Assembly: GCA_046563655.1 (NCBI GenBank)
Contig: CM102284.1
Coordinates: 5,642,001-5,706,000 of the forward strand
DNA length: 64,000 bases
DNA from: Yuukianura sp. NJ FZ-2021
Lineage: Eukaryota
Direction: 5' to 3'
Positions 1 through 12,226 of the stretch are shown piece after piece. The position numbers and the translations under genes are program-made. How positions within the stretch are numbered: the first letter of the stretch is position 1; each line of letters opens with the position of its first letter. Under the pieces are notes generated by a model. That model did not search any database. It worked only from the letters and a program-made list of their open reading frames with translations, and was not told the DNA's origin.

Positions 1-2646
1 GAGCCACTTCCACTTTGGTATCTGGAAAGGCTTCATCTCCATCGGACTTTTCAGAGTCGGAGTCGCTGGAAGGATCATCAATCGGCTCTTGGTCTGGAAC
101 ACTTTCAGCATCAGCTCCTCCTTCACTAACGCTGCTTCGAATACTACTTTCACCAATACTGGACGTTTGTACTCTCCTACTCCTTTCATTAGCATGACGT
201 GGAATGGATTCATCAGTTAAGCGAAAAAGAAAGCCAAAACCAAGAACCAGTTGACTCGGTGGTAGAAAGTTTTTCTTTCCGCGGATCATAAAAGAACCTG
301 TTGGCAAGTACTCTCCGGTGGGTGCAGATTTGGATACTTGATCACCCCAGACCCACCAAACGGCTGGAATGATTTTGTCTTCCCATGCGTGACTAAAGAT
401 TATTAAGAAAATATCCAACATGAATTTGAGATTAACTGAAACTAAGACATCAAGATTCTTTAGCCGAAGTTACCTTGCACAGACAGCTAAAGTTGCAGCT
501 TCGTTTAGCGTTTTGGGCAACACGGGACCAGGAGCAGAGTCATTTTTAATTATCACCGTTGGAGCACCGTGGGAATCGGCATGGAGGTAAACATCCTTTG
601 GTTTCATGTAACGCTTTACTAAAAGTTCATTTTGTTGTGCATCTTGACCTCCCAGTACCAAGTAATTTTCGGAAGAAATGAACCAGCGAAACTTTTCAAA
701 CCAAAAGACCTGTCAGAAAAAAATACAACAAAATTATACAAGGAATTTAGTTGATCTGTTAGGTCACAGATGAGTATTGGACTTTTACTTTTCTGACTTT
801 CTTGATTTGCTGAATCGTTGCAACTTCCCGTAAAGATGACATAGTTTTCTTTTCAGTTGACTTGAATGCCTTTTCCTGTGATTCCAGCGTCCTTTCTTCC
901 TTTTTGGCTGAAGCTTTTTTCAAATCGAAGTATTTACTTGCATTGGCATACGCTGATAAATCCAAGTCTATTTCAACAGTTAGTCCTTTCTCCGCTTCAG
1001 TTGATTCATAAGGATCGCTAAAAAAAATTCAAATGATCACATTTTCAATTTTAAGGTTTCAAATTTTGGAACTTACTTTAGCTTCATTGTAATTTGATTC
1101 TTGATTAAATTGAGAGCAGTGATTTGTTTAGCAAGTTCATCTCCAGCCTTCTTGGCTTCTTTGATTTGACCCCAAATGTCATCCCAAGCCAGTTGATTAG
1201 CAATCAGTTGTCGCATAATTGCAATTGCCTGTTCTACGGCTTCTTGATTGAACATGATCAGTTCTGCTTTTCGCTTATCAACTTCTTGCACTTTCTGGAG
1301 TTCATTTAATCGCTTCTGTTGGTCCAACTTCAAATATTCAAGACGACTTAAAGCATCTCGCTCTTGATTCTTCTGCTTCAATTCAATTTTTTGCGACTCA
1401 ATCTTGGAGAAAAATTCATCAAGAGCTTCATCCAATGTTGGATACGAAACGACTTCTGCTGGATCAAATGTTGGAGCTAACAGGGCTGGATGAAACTGAT
1501 CATAAACGACAAACGGTTGTGGAGTTTCAGTTGAAAATTCAGCATTTACAACTGGCTGCTGCGATGCCGCTTTTTTCATAGCTTTTGTATCAAGCGTAAT
1601 AAATCCTCCGCTTTGAATTTCACCTTCCAGAATCAGTCTTCCACGTTCCAGGCATTTGAATAACTTCTCACTGAAGGACCTTGTTTCAGAAAAATAGAAA
1701 TTTAGATCAAAGTATTGCTAAACAAATGGAGATTTCGATGCGATTGCGATAGCTTACTTGAAATCTTCTTTATCAGCTGCTGGAATCTTAGTACTTGGTG
1801 CAAAGCCTTCTTCCTTGAGCACAAACGAAAACAAGGATGGACCAAATTCGATTTTTGAGAGAAATGCGTCACGAAGCGATTTCGTTGGGTGCGCTGCCAA
1901 AAGGGCTTCCATTTCCTCCCGTGTCAAGGAAAATGACGTTTTGGCTTTGTCAACGGCATATGTCTGATGAGGAGCCACTCTGGAAAAGAAATTCAAAAAT
2001 TGAAATCATGAATCGATGAAATCATCTTAGACGATTGGAATTCTAAGCGAAGTATTAATTGCAAAGTAATTACTTGTCTTCTCCTTGGACATGTGGACGT
2101 ACGAGGGAAAGGATTTCAAGGTTTTGGTCCGTCAGAATGATGTTTCCCCGGTCATAAAGTTCCAAAAATATATGAAATTCAAAGGACTCCACTCCAAACT
2201 GGAAATCCACAACTCGATCGACGCCAACTTGCGAGATGTTCTCGAGTCGTTTGTTGCATAAGTGCTTTCTCATTTTCATTGTGAACCCGGATGGAGCTGC
2301 AAAGTCATCATTGTCATTTATTAGTACTTATCGTTGAAATCAAGAGCAAAATCGTTACCTGGATTTTTCGGCCATTCAAAACTCGTCGTATGAAATCTCC
2401 GTCCCGATTCAATAAATAAAACCTTCTTCGTATTGGTTTTGGTGAAACGAATCAAGTAGCTCTTCTTGTCAACATCATAAACTTGGTCAACTCTCAGCCC
2501 CAGTAATCTAACCAATAAATTTAACATTTAGTGTTACAAATTAAAGCAGCTGATCGGATGAATTTGACATGCTGACTCGGATCTTACTTCTCCCTCAATT
2601 CATGAACTAGAACGACAATGTCATGAGTTGTCAGTTTAGACTTCAT
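1..2646 (-). CDS. NEMF: NEMF/Caliban/Rqc2 ribosome quality-control factor, multi-exon; 3' end lies outside the window
   Basis: ATG at 2646 ([20 protein letters not shown], donor at 2587). Later exons encode [115 protein letters not shown] and [27 protein letters not shown], all typical NFACT motifs. Confidence 0.95.
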
Positions 2647-3283
2647 TGTTGAATTAATTAATCGTGATCCTGTGATACTCCTGTGACTAGCGAGTTAATC
2701 AAAATCGGGATACTAGTTAGCTGTAAAAATCCATGCAAATAGAATGAAAATCAACCTGTTATTGTCAAATTAACAAAATAACAATATGTGTTTCCTTACG
2801 TTTGTCCGCCAAGCTCAACAGTGCTGTTGTAATTTTTTTTGAAAATACTACTAAATTAGCAATACACTATAGGTTGTAGGAGCTCTTTGAAGTTTGACCT
2901 TTTGACCCGAAAACGGAATTGACACCGCAAAAATTCCGTGACTCCGCTTGTCCGCTTCCGCTCTGTTTGCCTGCTGCTTTTCATCCAATTCAGAAAAAGT
3001 AAAATTGCGCCACAACTTTGAGTCTATTTTGCAAGATCCGATAACTTGGCGTCGCAAGCACAACTATATCATCACCTCAATGAAAAGGTCAAAGGTCAAT
3101 CCAAGTCGTCATAACAACTAAGCTAATGGAAACATAAATAAACTAGCTTTTGCTGTTTGGTTTCTAAAGAAAATGAACTGGAAGCGATTCTTGAATCATC
3201 ATCGCCTTTCGGTGGTATTTCATTCCAGGCCCAAGCATAAGCGATAAATTTTACGAAGCGCTTCCAGCAAGTACAGCCTAACT

Positions 3284-6200
3284 ATGAAGACTACTCTATT
3301 GTTATTGTTTGCCATACTGGGATTTAATGCTGGTAATCTTGTAAACTAATTGTTACTTGACAATGAAATTAACGAATATGAATATGAATTTCTTAATCGC
3401 AGTTGTCTTCCCTGATGTCGCTGGGCTGTCGTTCCGAAGAGCCGACAAGGACCTCAATGGAATTCCAGAAGAAGACGACGATCTTCAGTTTCAGATGAAC
3501 TTGCTTCCAAAGGCTCGACGACAAGTTGACGACAAGCCAGAAGCTATAGAAGAGGTCAAGGACAATGCACTTCCAGCGTCAAAGGTCGAGGACGCTGAAC
3601 CGAAACAAAACGAAGACAGTGACAAGAAAACACCGCAGGCGCAGGAACTGGTCGGCAAAGAAGAAACCACACCGAAACCCGAGTCAGCGAAACCGAAGGA
3701 GGAAGTATTGCCGAATTCGGCTCCAAGCGCAACTGAATCTCCGAAACGAGAAGAAGCGACAAACGAAGAATCGGAACATGTCAAACCAAATGCGGATCAA
3801 GACGAAGATGATGAAAATGACAGTTTAGAAGACATGGATAAAAATGTCGGAACGGAACCGACAATTTTTGCTTTGGCGAATACGGATGTTGGACGATCCT
3901 GGGAAGGAATACCGTTTCGTGAGCGGTACATTCGCGGTAGCCATGATGCTCTGTGTCATCCCTTTGACCTGTCCATTCCAAATAGAAAAGGCGACCAAGG
4001 AACCTTAAGCCTATGTCTCTATCGAACGGAAATTGCCACTCACCACCCTGCTCAGTTTTTGGTTAGTTCATCGGTGAGGGAAAAATTTGCAAACAATTTT
4101 GGCAAAAAAAAAACATTTTGTATGTTTGAGGATATAAATACTGAAATTTTGCTAGGTCGAAAATCTTCCGAAGAAACATGGAAACGTTTACGGATTTGTC
4201 AAGGGCCATCCGAAATCCAAGGTTGAAGGGGTCCTTGTTCAGGGGTAAGTTGACCTTTGACCTCGCTTTGACCTTGCATCGTGTGATTGACCTTTGACTT
4301 TCTAGACGTTTCTACGGACATGTTTTCTTGGGAGAAAACAAGAATCCTTCCACCTATGTCGTTGAAGACGTCCAAGCTCTGGCCAAACTCATGGAACATT
4401 CTGACAAACTGCTGCGTGACCTCCTTATGGTCATGAATTCTGGCAAAGGTCAAAAGTCAGATTCCGAGCCCAAACTTAACGCCATCGTCACCACGGGAAT
4501 TAGCCTTGAGAGCTTCAGTTCAGACCAACTGATGACCTCTGACAAGGAGTCCAAGCCTTCCTTCCTGTCTCTCAGCACTGGACACAATTCGTTCATCATC
4601 TCAGGAGATCCGAAAATGTCATTTGACGAAAAAGGACGAACTCTTTTCAGTAATTACTAATTACTTGTAATTACTTTTGAATTATAACCACAATTACTTA
4701 AACGTTACATTTTTCTGTTAGCTGTTGGACAGGAAGTAATTGCGATTGGACTGGATAAGACAGTGAGCCTTAAGAGTACGTAACACTTCAAATTCCAAAA
4801 TTTTTCCGAAATTCAAAAAGAAAATCTCCATTTCATAAAATTTTCAAAAATTTAGTCAAGTCGCATGATTTGGAGTACAAGTTTCGTCCAAATGGTCAAA
4901 GCATTCTTCTGGAGGGACTGAATGTGACAAATCTGGAAGGTCAAGAAGGACCGGTAGCTGTGTTTGCAGTTTCGGAAACACTGGACTACGGCTGCGTCAT
5001 TCCCTCTCCAGCATTCAGCAACGTCCGGTACGTTTTGAAATTTTCAAATTTCAGTTTTGAAAACTTATTTTTCAAAATTTGTGTTTTAGAAAGGGCGGAT
5101 ACTTGTGCAAAATTTGTGCTGGATTGGATGAATCATTTCGTGACAAATTCATTTTTCCCAAAACCGATTCTAACTCAGACGTTTACGAATTTGTGAGTGA
5201 AATGCTGGACAGAGTCACGTGGATTTTCAGATCAATTGACTGGAACCACGATGGAAAGTTTGATGACATTGGAATCACCTATGACCCACAGGTCAGAGGT
5301 CACAGTTCACTTATTTTACTCTGAAAACTCTGAAAAGAAAAAAATTGAACTCTGAGTTTTGAATTTCATTTTTGAGCCAGGTTTTTGGACGCGATTTCAG
5401 CGATTTTGGAAACAATCTTTCCACTGAAGAATTGGAAACGTTTTATGAAAATTTGGTCAAATCGGATTTTTCGGATTGCTGCTTAGGCATTATGTACACA
5501 ATGAAACAATTTCCTGGCGATTTCTACGCCAAATCTTCGCTCGGTAATTTTGAAATTTTACAAATTTTTAGAATTTTTTTTTCTGAAAATCTTCAAAAGT
5601 TTTGGCAATCGTTCAAGATCTGTTGTGTTTTTAGCAACTCCTGGACTTGAGACTGGAATTTGTTCGTTCAAACGAGAAGCTGACGGAATTTGGAACAACG
5701 TCATTCTAATTTCCGGTAACAAGAAAGACTCCAGCGCAATTCAGACCGGCAACTTGACCTCTGACCTCGATCCAATGACCCCTGACCAACTCCTGTACCT
5801 CACCGCTCATGAAATTGGAAAAGCCTTTGGAGGATCACTGGATGCCACTGGAAATGCAAAATGTGACTCCTTCAAGGACTCCAATGGTACCCAACGCCAC
5901 TTTCTCCTTTGGCCGGACGTTGTTCGTTCCATTACTGTTGAAGAGAAAGCATTCAGTTCCTGTTCTCTGGAAAACATTTATACGCAACTGGATTCGTGTC
6001 GTTCCTCCTGTTTTGAAATTTCAAACGAACCATTTTGCGGAAACGGTAACCTTTGAAACTAGAATTTTCAAAATTTGACTCAAATTTAACTTTTCTAAAC
6101 ACATATTTTTAACCTTTTCAGGGATTGTGGAAATGGGGGAAGAATGTGACTGTGGAAGTGAAATTCAATGTTTGAAAAACCCATGTTGTTACCCACGGAA

Positions 6201-6327
6201 CGGAAAGTACCCGTGTCAAAATACTGGTCATGCTTGCAACGGAACAAAATCTGGAAGTACCGTAATTGTCCCAATTGGTGTCCTCGTGTTGTTTAGTTTT
6301 CTAACTACTAAACCATTCATGTTCTAA
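3284..6327 (+). CDS. ADAM10/17-like metalloprotease-disintegrin with a degenerate zinc site, multi-exon
   Basis: Signal peptide MKTTLLLLFAILGFNA (ATG 3284, intron 3333-3402), then an acidic low-complexity N-terminus. Motifs FSDCCLGIMYT, GICS, AHEIGKAFGGSLD, FSSCS and FCGNG|IVEMGEECDCG..C..NPCC. Hydrophobic C-terminus ends at TAA 6325-6327. Internal exon boundaries are only partly resolved. Confidence 0.75.
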
Positions 6328-7435
6328 GCCAATCCAATCCAAAAAACTCAATTTTCAATACTCCTAACTTCAAAATTCAACTTTTTAGAAAATAAGAATG
6401 AGTGAGCGACTATTATGAATAAGTTCGACAATATTTTCGTGTTTTTGAAAAGTTTAACTTCATAGAATTAAAATCGGGAAAAACAAACGCTAGAGTATTT
6501 TTCCATGATTGAAAATGATAAGATTTTCCATGAACTTGGATTTAATTTGTCATAGTCACTCATGTAAAAAAAAAATCACTGGTATTCTTTCAATTGTAGC
6601 CCTTCGTCCATCCAATTTCTGGCTTTCCAATATATAAAAATCCAAATTCAAATTTTACTAAATTTTCTAAGAAAAAGTAATAAACTCACATAACAAATCG
6701 TGCTTTGAACACAAAAGAAAATAATTTATTTTCATGTGGCGTCAACCTGCTGCAAGACAATTTTCAATTTTGGAGTTTTGAAATTTTGCAAAATTCTCAA
6801 GCATTCCTCAAGTTGGGGTGTGGTGTCCCGAACTTGATGAATGTCATTTCATAGTATTTGGCTCAAAACGCTTCCAAAAAACGCAGCTTTTGAAATTTTA
6901 GAAGATTTGTCAAAATTGTCAAATTTTGAAAAAATCAGTAGGCTTTGGTTCAGATTTAGAGGGATTGCTGGAATTAGGCACTCATTTCATAAATGAAGCA
7001 AATAAAATGCATTTTTTTTGCGAAGTTGAATGAATGAATTCTTTGTTGAGAACTGATGTTTTTAATTCAAAATGTGTCACCATTGAATCAATTCTTCAGA
7101 AAATTAGCTTATAACCCTGTGAAAATAGTACTTATGTGTGTTTTAAATGTGTTTTTAATTTTGAGTAGATTTTCTTTGAATTTTGAGCTCCCCTGTGATT
7201 GTGATCATTTTTAATGTCAATCAAAGTGTAATCAATTTGGAATCATAAAGTGATGATTAATTCCTTCAAATTCAAACAGATGAATTATGAGTGGATCGAC
7301 ACAATTCCAGTTAAACAATTAAATCAACGTCCTGTCCAGCTTATCTAAATTGTGATTTTAACAGTAATTACTCAAGTCAAGTGTTGGTTTAGTAATTGCC
7401 GTTTTAACATTTCTGACAATGAGAAAAACAAAATT

Positions 7436-7470
7436 GCTATAAAACCATTACACAATTTTCAATTTAGCAT
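7436..7470 (+). promoter_or_regulatory. TATA box of crystallin-like copy 1
   Basis: GCTATAAAACCATTACACAA about 120 nt upstream of the ATG; the same motif is conserved upstream of copy 2. Confidence 0.6.
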
Positions 7471-7559
7471 CAACGAACTCTCACACTAAATTAACTAACT
7501 TACCAAAATAAAAACTTCGAAACTTGCGATTTTTCTATTTCTTAGACTCTTTTTTGAAA

Positions 7560-8357
7560 ATGTCACGAGGTCACGCCCTTGTCGCTCTGCTCTTCGTCCT
7601 TGGGTCAGCCGCTGCCCAGTACAGCTCAGTTGCAACGCTCTTCTCTTCATCAAATTGCTTAGGAGCTTTCGTTGTCGTTTCCGGCCATACTCCGAATTTG
7701 GCACAACTCGGATTTGACAACCGAGCGTACTCTGCTAGACTCCGTGGACCGTAAGATTTTATAACAATTGAACTATAATTTTAATTAAAATAACTTATTC
7801 AACTAAATTCTAAACCAAAATCTTTGCCTGCTTGTAGATGGATGTTTTTTGACTTGGAAAACTACAATACCCGTGCCGAAGCTCCAGCAGAGTTCGCCTA
7901 TGAAAGTTCTGAAAACTGCGTCAACTTGTTCAACGTTGGAGTTACGACCTCAATCAAACACGCCGGGCATCAAGCCAATTACCGGCAAGATTCGATGACA
8001 TTCTACGAGTTTACGTACTTCCAAGGTGCAGAGGAATTTGTCAACGGTGACACGCCTTACTTGCGCACCCTCGATAACCGCATTTCTTCGTTCATTGTCA
8101 CTGGAACTTCTTCCTGGACGATCTACTATGAGCCAAACTATCAAGGCAATGCTCTCTGCCTTGAAATTGTTTACACACCAAATGTTGACCCTGCTTTTGT
8201 GCCTGACACGGTCTTGCTTAACCCATCGATTCCACATAACATAATTTCGTCTGTCAGGAAAGGATGCTACACCAGGAATGCGGTGTCTGTGATTGGTGGA
8301 ACCAATGCTACCATCCATCAGAACAAAGTCCGAAGCAACACTTCATTTAATCTCTAA
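7560..8357 (+). CDS. Secreted beta/gamma-crystallin-like protein, copy 1 (exons 7560-7750, 7838-8357)
   Basis: Signal peptide MSRGHALVALLFVLGSAAA. Greek-key-like motifs GFDNRAYSARLRG-PWMFFDLENY, FYEFTYFQG, DNRISSFIVTG, WTIYYEPNYQG and ISSVRKGC. Canonical phase-2 intron. Confidence 0.8.
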
Positions 8358-8855
8358 ACCTAATCTAATATACTAGTCTAAAATGTATTTTAAAAAGTTC
8401 AAATATTAAATTCGAAAATTCATAAAAATTCAAATACTAAAAAAAAGTGAAAGGTGCAGAGAAAGTTTTTCGATCTTTGCAACGCATTGATTTGAAAATT
8501 TGTACTTTTATTTTGGCAAAAGATTGACCCCTCCTCACTTTATTTGTAATTAAAATTATATGTAATTGAATTAATAAAATATTGCAATTAATAAAATTAA
8601 TCTGAGTCTAGTGCGATGAGATAGAAAATTTTCAAAATTTTGGAAGCCATAACCTAATTCTTAGAAGCCGTGACCCAAATTCTAAACTTCAATTTTTTTA
8701 AACTTGTTGATCTAACTGTAATCTGAAGTGTTGATCTCCACGCGTATAACTTATGTTAACGTACGTGATGCTGAGTGCTGATTGCCTCAATTCCATGTAA
8801 CTGAAAACAATTCAATCAAAGTCCTGTCCAGATTAATCAAATTTTATACGAAAGT

Positions 8856-8890
8856 GCTATAAAACCATTGCACAACTTCAATTCAGTATT
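8856..8890 (+). promoter_or_regulatory. TATA box and initiator of crystallin-like copy 2
   Basis: GCTATAAAACCATTGCACAA followed about 25 nt later by TCAGT, the arthropod initiator consensus. Confidence 0.65.
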
Positions 8891-8962
8891 GATTCAATTC
8901 CCAAAGCGAAGTTAGACTTAGCAGGTCAAAATTTCAGTGCTCTACTTTGAAATTCTTTGAAA

Positions 8963-9748
8963 ATGTCCCGAGGTTACGCTCTTGTCGCTCTACTTTTTGT
9001 TGTTGCCTCTGCGGCTGCTCAGTACAGCTCAATTGCAACGCTCTACTCTGGATCAGGTTGCTCCGGCTCATTCCTTTCCGTTCCGGGTTTTACTCCGGAT
9101 TTGAGTCTATTCGGATTTGACAACCGGGCTTACTCTGCTAGAATTCGTGGACCGTAAGATTCAACTGATACGTTAAAATAACTGTAGTTGTTGACTATAA
9201 ATTGAAATTAGCTAATTCTGCTATATTTCAGGTGGTTGTTTTTTGACTTGAAAGACTACAACTTCGCCGCCGAAGCTCCAGCAGAATACGCTTATGAAAG
9301 TAACGAAAGATGCGTGGACTTGTTCTACGACGGCAGCACGTCGTCTGTGAAATTCGCAGGTCATCATGAAAACTACCGCCTGGACTCGATCACATTCTAT
9401 GAATTTACGTACTTCCAAGCTGGAGAGGAATTTGTCAGCATGGACTTGCCCAGCTTGGCTCTTGATCGTCGCATTTCTTCATTGATTGTGACTGGATCCT
9501 CCTCCTGGACAGTCTACGACCAGCCTGACTACAGTGGCAATGCCATTTGCCTTGAAATTTTGCCAACACCAAATGTAGATCCTGCTTTTGTCGCTGATAC
9601 TGTCTTGCTTGACCCCACGATCCCACACGGGTCAATTTCATCAGTCAGAAAAGGATGCATCACAAGGAACAACGTGGTGACAATTGGTGGCAACAACACC
9701 TCAATCCATCAAAGCAAAGTCCAAAGCAAATCTTCCTTCAATCTTTAA
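8963..9748 (+). CDS. Secreted beta/gamma-crystallin-like protein, copy 2 (exons 8963-9153, 9232-9748)
   Basis: Paralog of copy 1 with the same 191-nt first coding exon and phase-2 intron. Motifs DRRISSLIVTG and WTVYDQPDYSG. Confidence 0.8.
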
Positions 9749-10345
9749 ACTAACTCAATTACTTTGAATTACTAACATCATAATACACTAACGTAAAATT
9801 CAATAAAGTTTCGGAAAATTTCAATCCGAAAACTGATTTGCTTATGAACGAGAACAAAAATTCGAGTTTCAATTAAATTGCATTTTAGATTTTCTAATTT
9901 CGATGTCTATGTTTCCACTTGGTTTCATACAATGGTATTCTTAGTTTGATTTTAATTCCATGAAAACTATGATTTCAAATCCAATTTCAAATTAACTTAG
10001 TCAATAAGTGGATAAAAAATTGGAAGATGCTTATCGTGTCAAAATTCGAAAAGTTAATCTACGGAAAGATAGTACTTACGTAGTCGCAATTGGAAAATAT
10101 TTTTTGAATTGATGTTCCTAGAACTGGCTGGAGTTTTAAGCAGTTGTGATTCATTTGGAACAACAATTTTAAGTGTTTTTACGTCCAGGCTTAGAACTGC
10201 TGCGAACCACTTTACAAAGTTTGGATAGGCTACTTCCTTTCAGTTTCAACAGTACAGCTCATCAGTCATTTTCAATCCTTTCGTGCATATTCGAATTCAC
10301 TTTCACACTAAATTTCGAAACGAAGAAAATTTCCCAAATTCAAAA

Positions 10346-11136
10346 ATGTCGAAATTCTGCGTTCTTCTCGCTGCGTTGGGTGTTCTAGACTCAGTTACTG
10401 CTCAGTACAGCATGTACGCCAGCATTTATTCAGCTTCAAACTGCGGGGGAGGTCACACTACACTTAACAATAATGCCCAGGATTTGGCTTCAATTGGGTG
10501 GAATGACAGAGCTTACTCTGCCAAAGTCCGTGGAACGTAAGACTAACCCTCTATTAACATTTAACTAACAATTAATCAACTAAATATTATTGATTTAGCA
10601 AATATTCTAATTAATCGGACTATAGATGGATGTTCTATGACCTTGTAAACTACAACTACGCAACTGACACTGCGATGGAGTGGGTTTCTGACACATCCGG
10701 CTTAACTTGTTTTAACTTTTTTAACGTCGATGGAATTTCAAGCTCTGCAAGATACGCAGGCCAAGCAACCGACTACCGCGCAGACTCCATCACATTCTAC
10801 GAATTTACGTACTTCCAAGCTACGCAAGAATTTACTCAGAACGACAAGCCCTCCTTGGCAATCGATGGTCGCATTTCCTCCATAATTGTGACGGGCTCTT
10901 CTGATTGGACGATTTACACAAACTCAAACTACGGAGGTCAATCGCTTTGTCTGCAACTGTCCACTTCAACTAATCCACACTTTGTCCCTGACACGGCGTT
11001 GCTTAACCCATCGTTTCCCCATGGCTCAATTTCATCTGCCCGTAAAGGATGCTTCTCAAGCAATGTCATTCAATTGGAAAGCACCAGTAGCAACACTACT
11101 GTTCATGGAGGCAACGAAAAACTCAACGTTCCTTGA
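10346..11136 (+). CDS. Secreted beta/gamma-crystallin-like protein, copy 3 (exons 10346-10536, 10626-11136)
   Basis: More diverged paralog with the same 191-nt first exon. Motifs WNDRAYSAKVRG, DGRISSIIVTG and WTIYTNSNYGG. Confidence 0.8.
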
Positions 11137-11535
11137 ATTTGTAAAAAAGAGAAACGATTTTAAATAGTTTGAATGTTTTCAATTAACTTGTTCCTCCTTT
11201 GGTCCTTTATTTCCGTAAACAATATAAAAAAAATATTCTAAACGTAAAAAATAAAGTAGTTAGTAAGTGGCTGCTGCTGAAATTTAACTAAATATAAGAA
11301 TTTTTGAATATAAAAATTTTTAAGGAACGGGGGTACTTAAAGACTATCAGTAGTACTGGTAAGGAAGAATTGCATTGACATGGTCAATGACCTTTTCATA
11401 TAACGAAAACCCAAACAGGTCACACACGCCGGTTGGCTTTACTCCACTCTCGTACAGTTTAGGGTTGGGGGGAGCTCGATTTTAGCAGAGAAACTTTTCG
11501 TCTTCTTTACTTGACCTTTTGACCTCTTGAGCATC

Positions 11536-11552
11536 TCAAGATGAGGAATAGC
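11536..11552 (-). CDS. Putative short alternative terminal exon (GYSSS-stop) of the structural-protein gene
   Basis: Acceptor gtttAG|GC TAT TCC TCA TCT TGA is phase 1. Minus-strand AATAAA lies downstream near 11206-11211. Confidence 0.45.
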
Positions 11553-12226
11553 CTAAACGAAATTTAAGAACATTAAGTCTACTGTTATACATCAATACAC
11601 CCTAAAATATCCAAGTATGCACCCTAGGTCACACAAAACACAGTATTAGAAAACAGAGAAGATGCTGAGTAATAGTATTAGAGCAGTCAGACACAAAAGA
11701 GGAGGTCAAAGGTCAGATTGACAGAAGACAGCAGTTACCTTGCTATGAGGTAGACAGAGATACAGTAGTAGCAAAAGAAGTAGAGGCGGCAGGGGTCGTT
11801 GGGGTGGGGATAGGGTGAGCAATAGAGAAAGAATGAGAAGACACTGGGGAGAGACTAGACTTGGGCGTGACCTCGGTGAGGTGACCTTGACCTTTCCCTT
11901 TCCGCCGTGACCTCACTCCAGCCCCAGACAGAGAGTGCATAAGTGTAGGCAGTTCTCTGCCCATCATTCTCATGAGACTGCGTACAAGGCGTTTGTCCAC
12001 CATAAACGTCCAGAATCTACCTGTTCCTCGGGTACAAGTTTTATGAAATAAGGTTAAAGAATTAGTAAGACCATAGAAGTTAGTGTGACAAGAGAGACAA
12101 GAGGGGGAAGGTCAAAGGTCAAGTTACAAAGTGCGAAGCCATTTTTTCCACAAGTTACGTGAGACGACAACAATGTGAGCATATGTGCATGGAAGTTGCA
12201 GCAGCAGCAGTGATTGGTTGCTTGCA

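Noticed and set aside
3357-4226. 289-aa ORF as a standalone gene
   Set aside because: It begins inside intron 1 and appears to read through a further intron; it is part of the ADAM-like gene.
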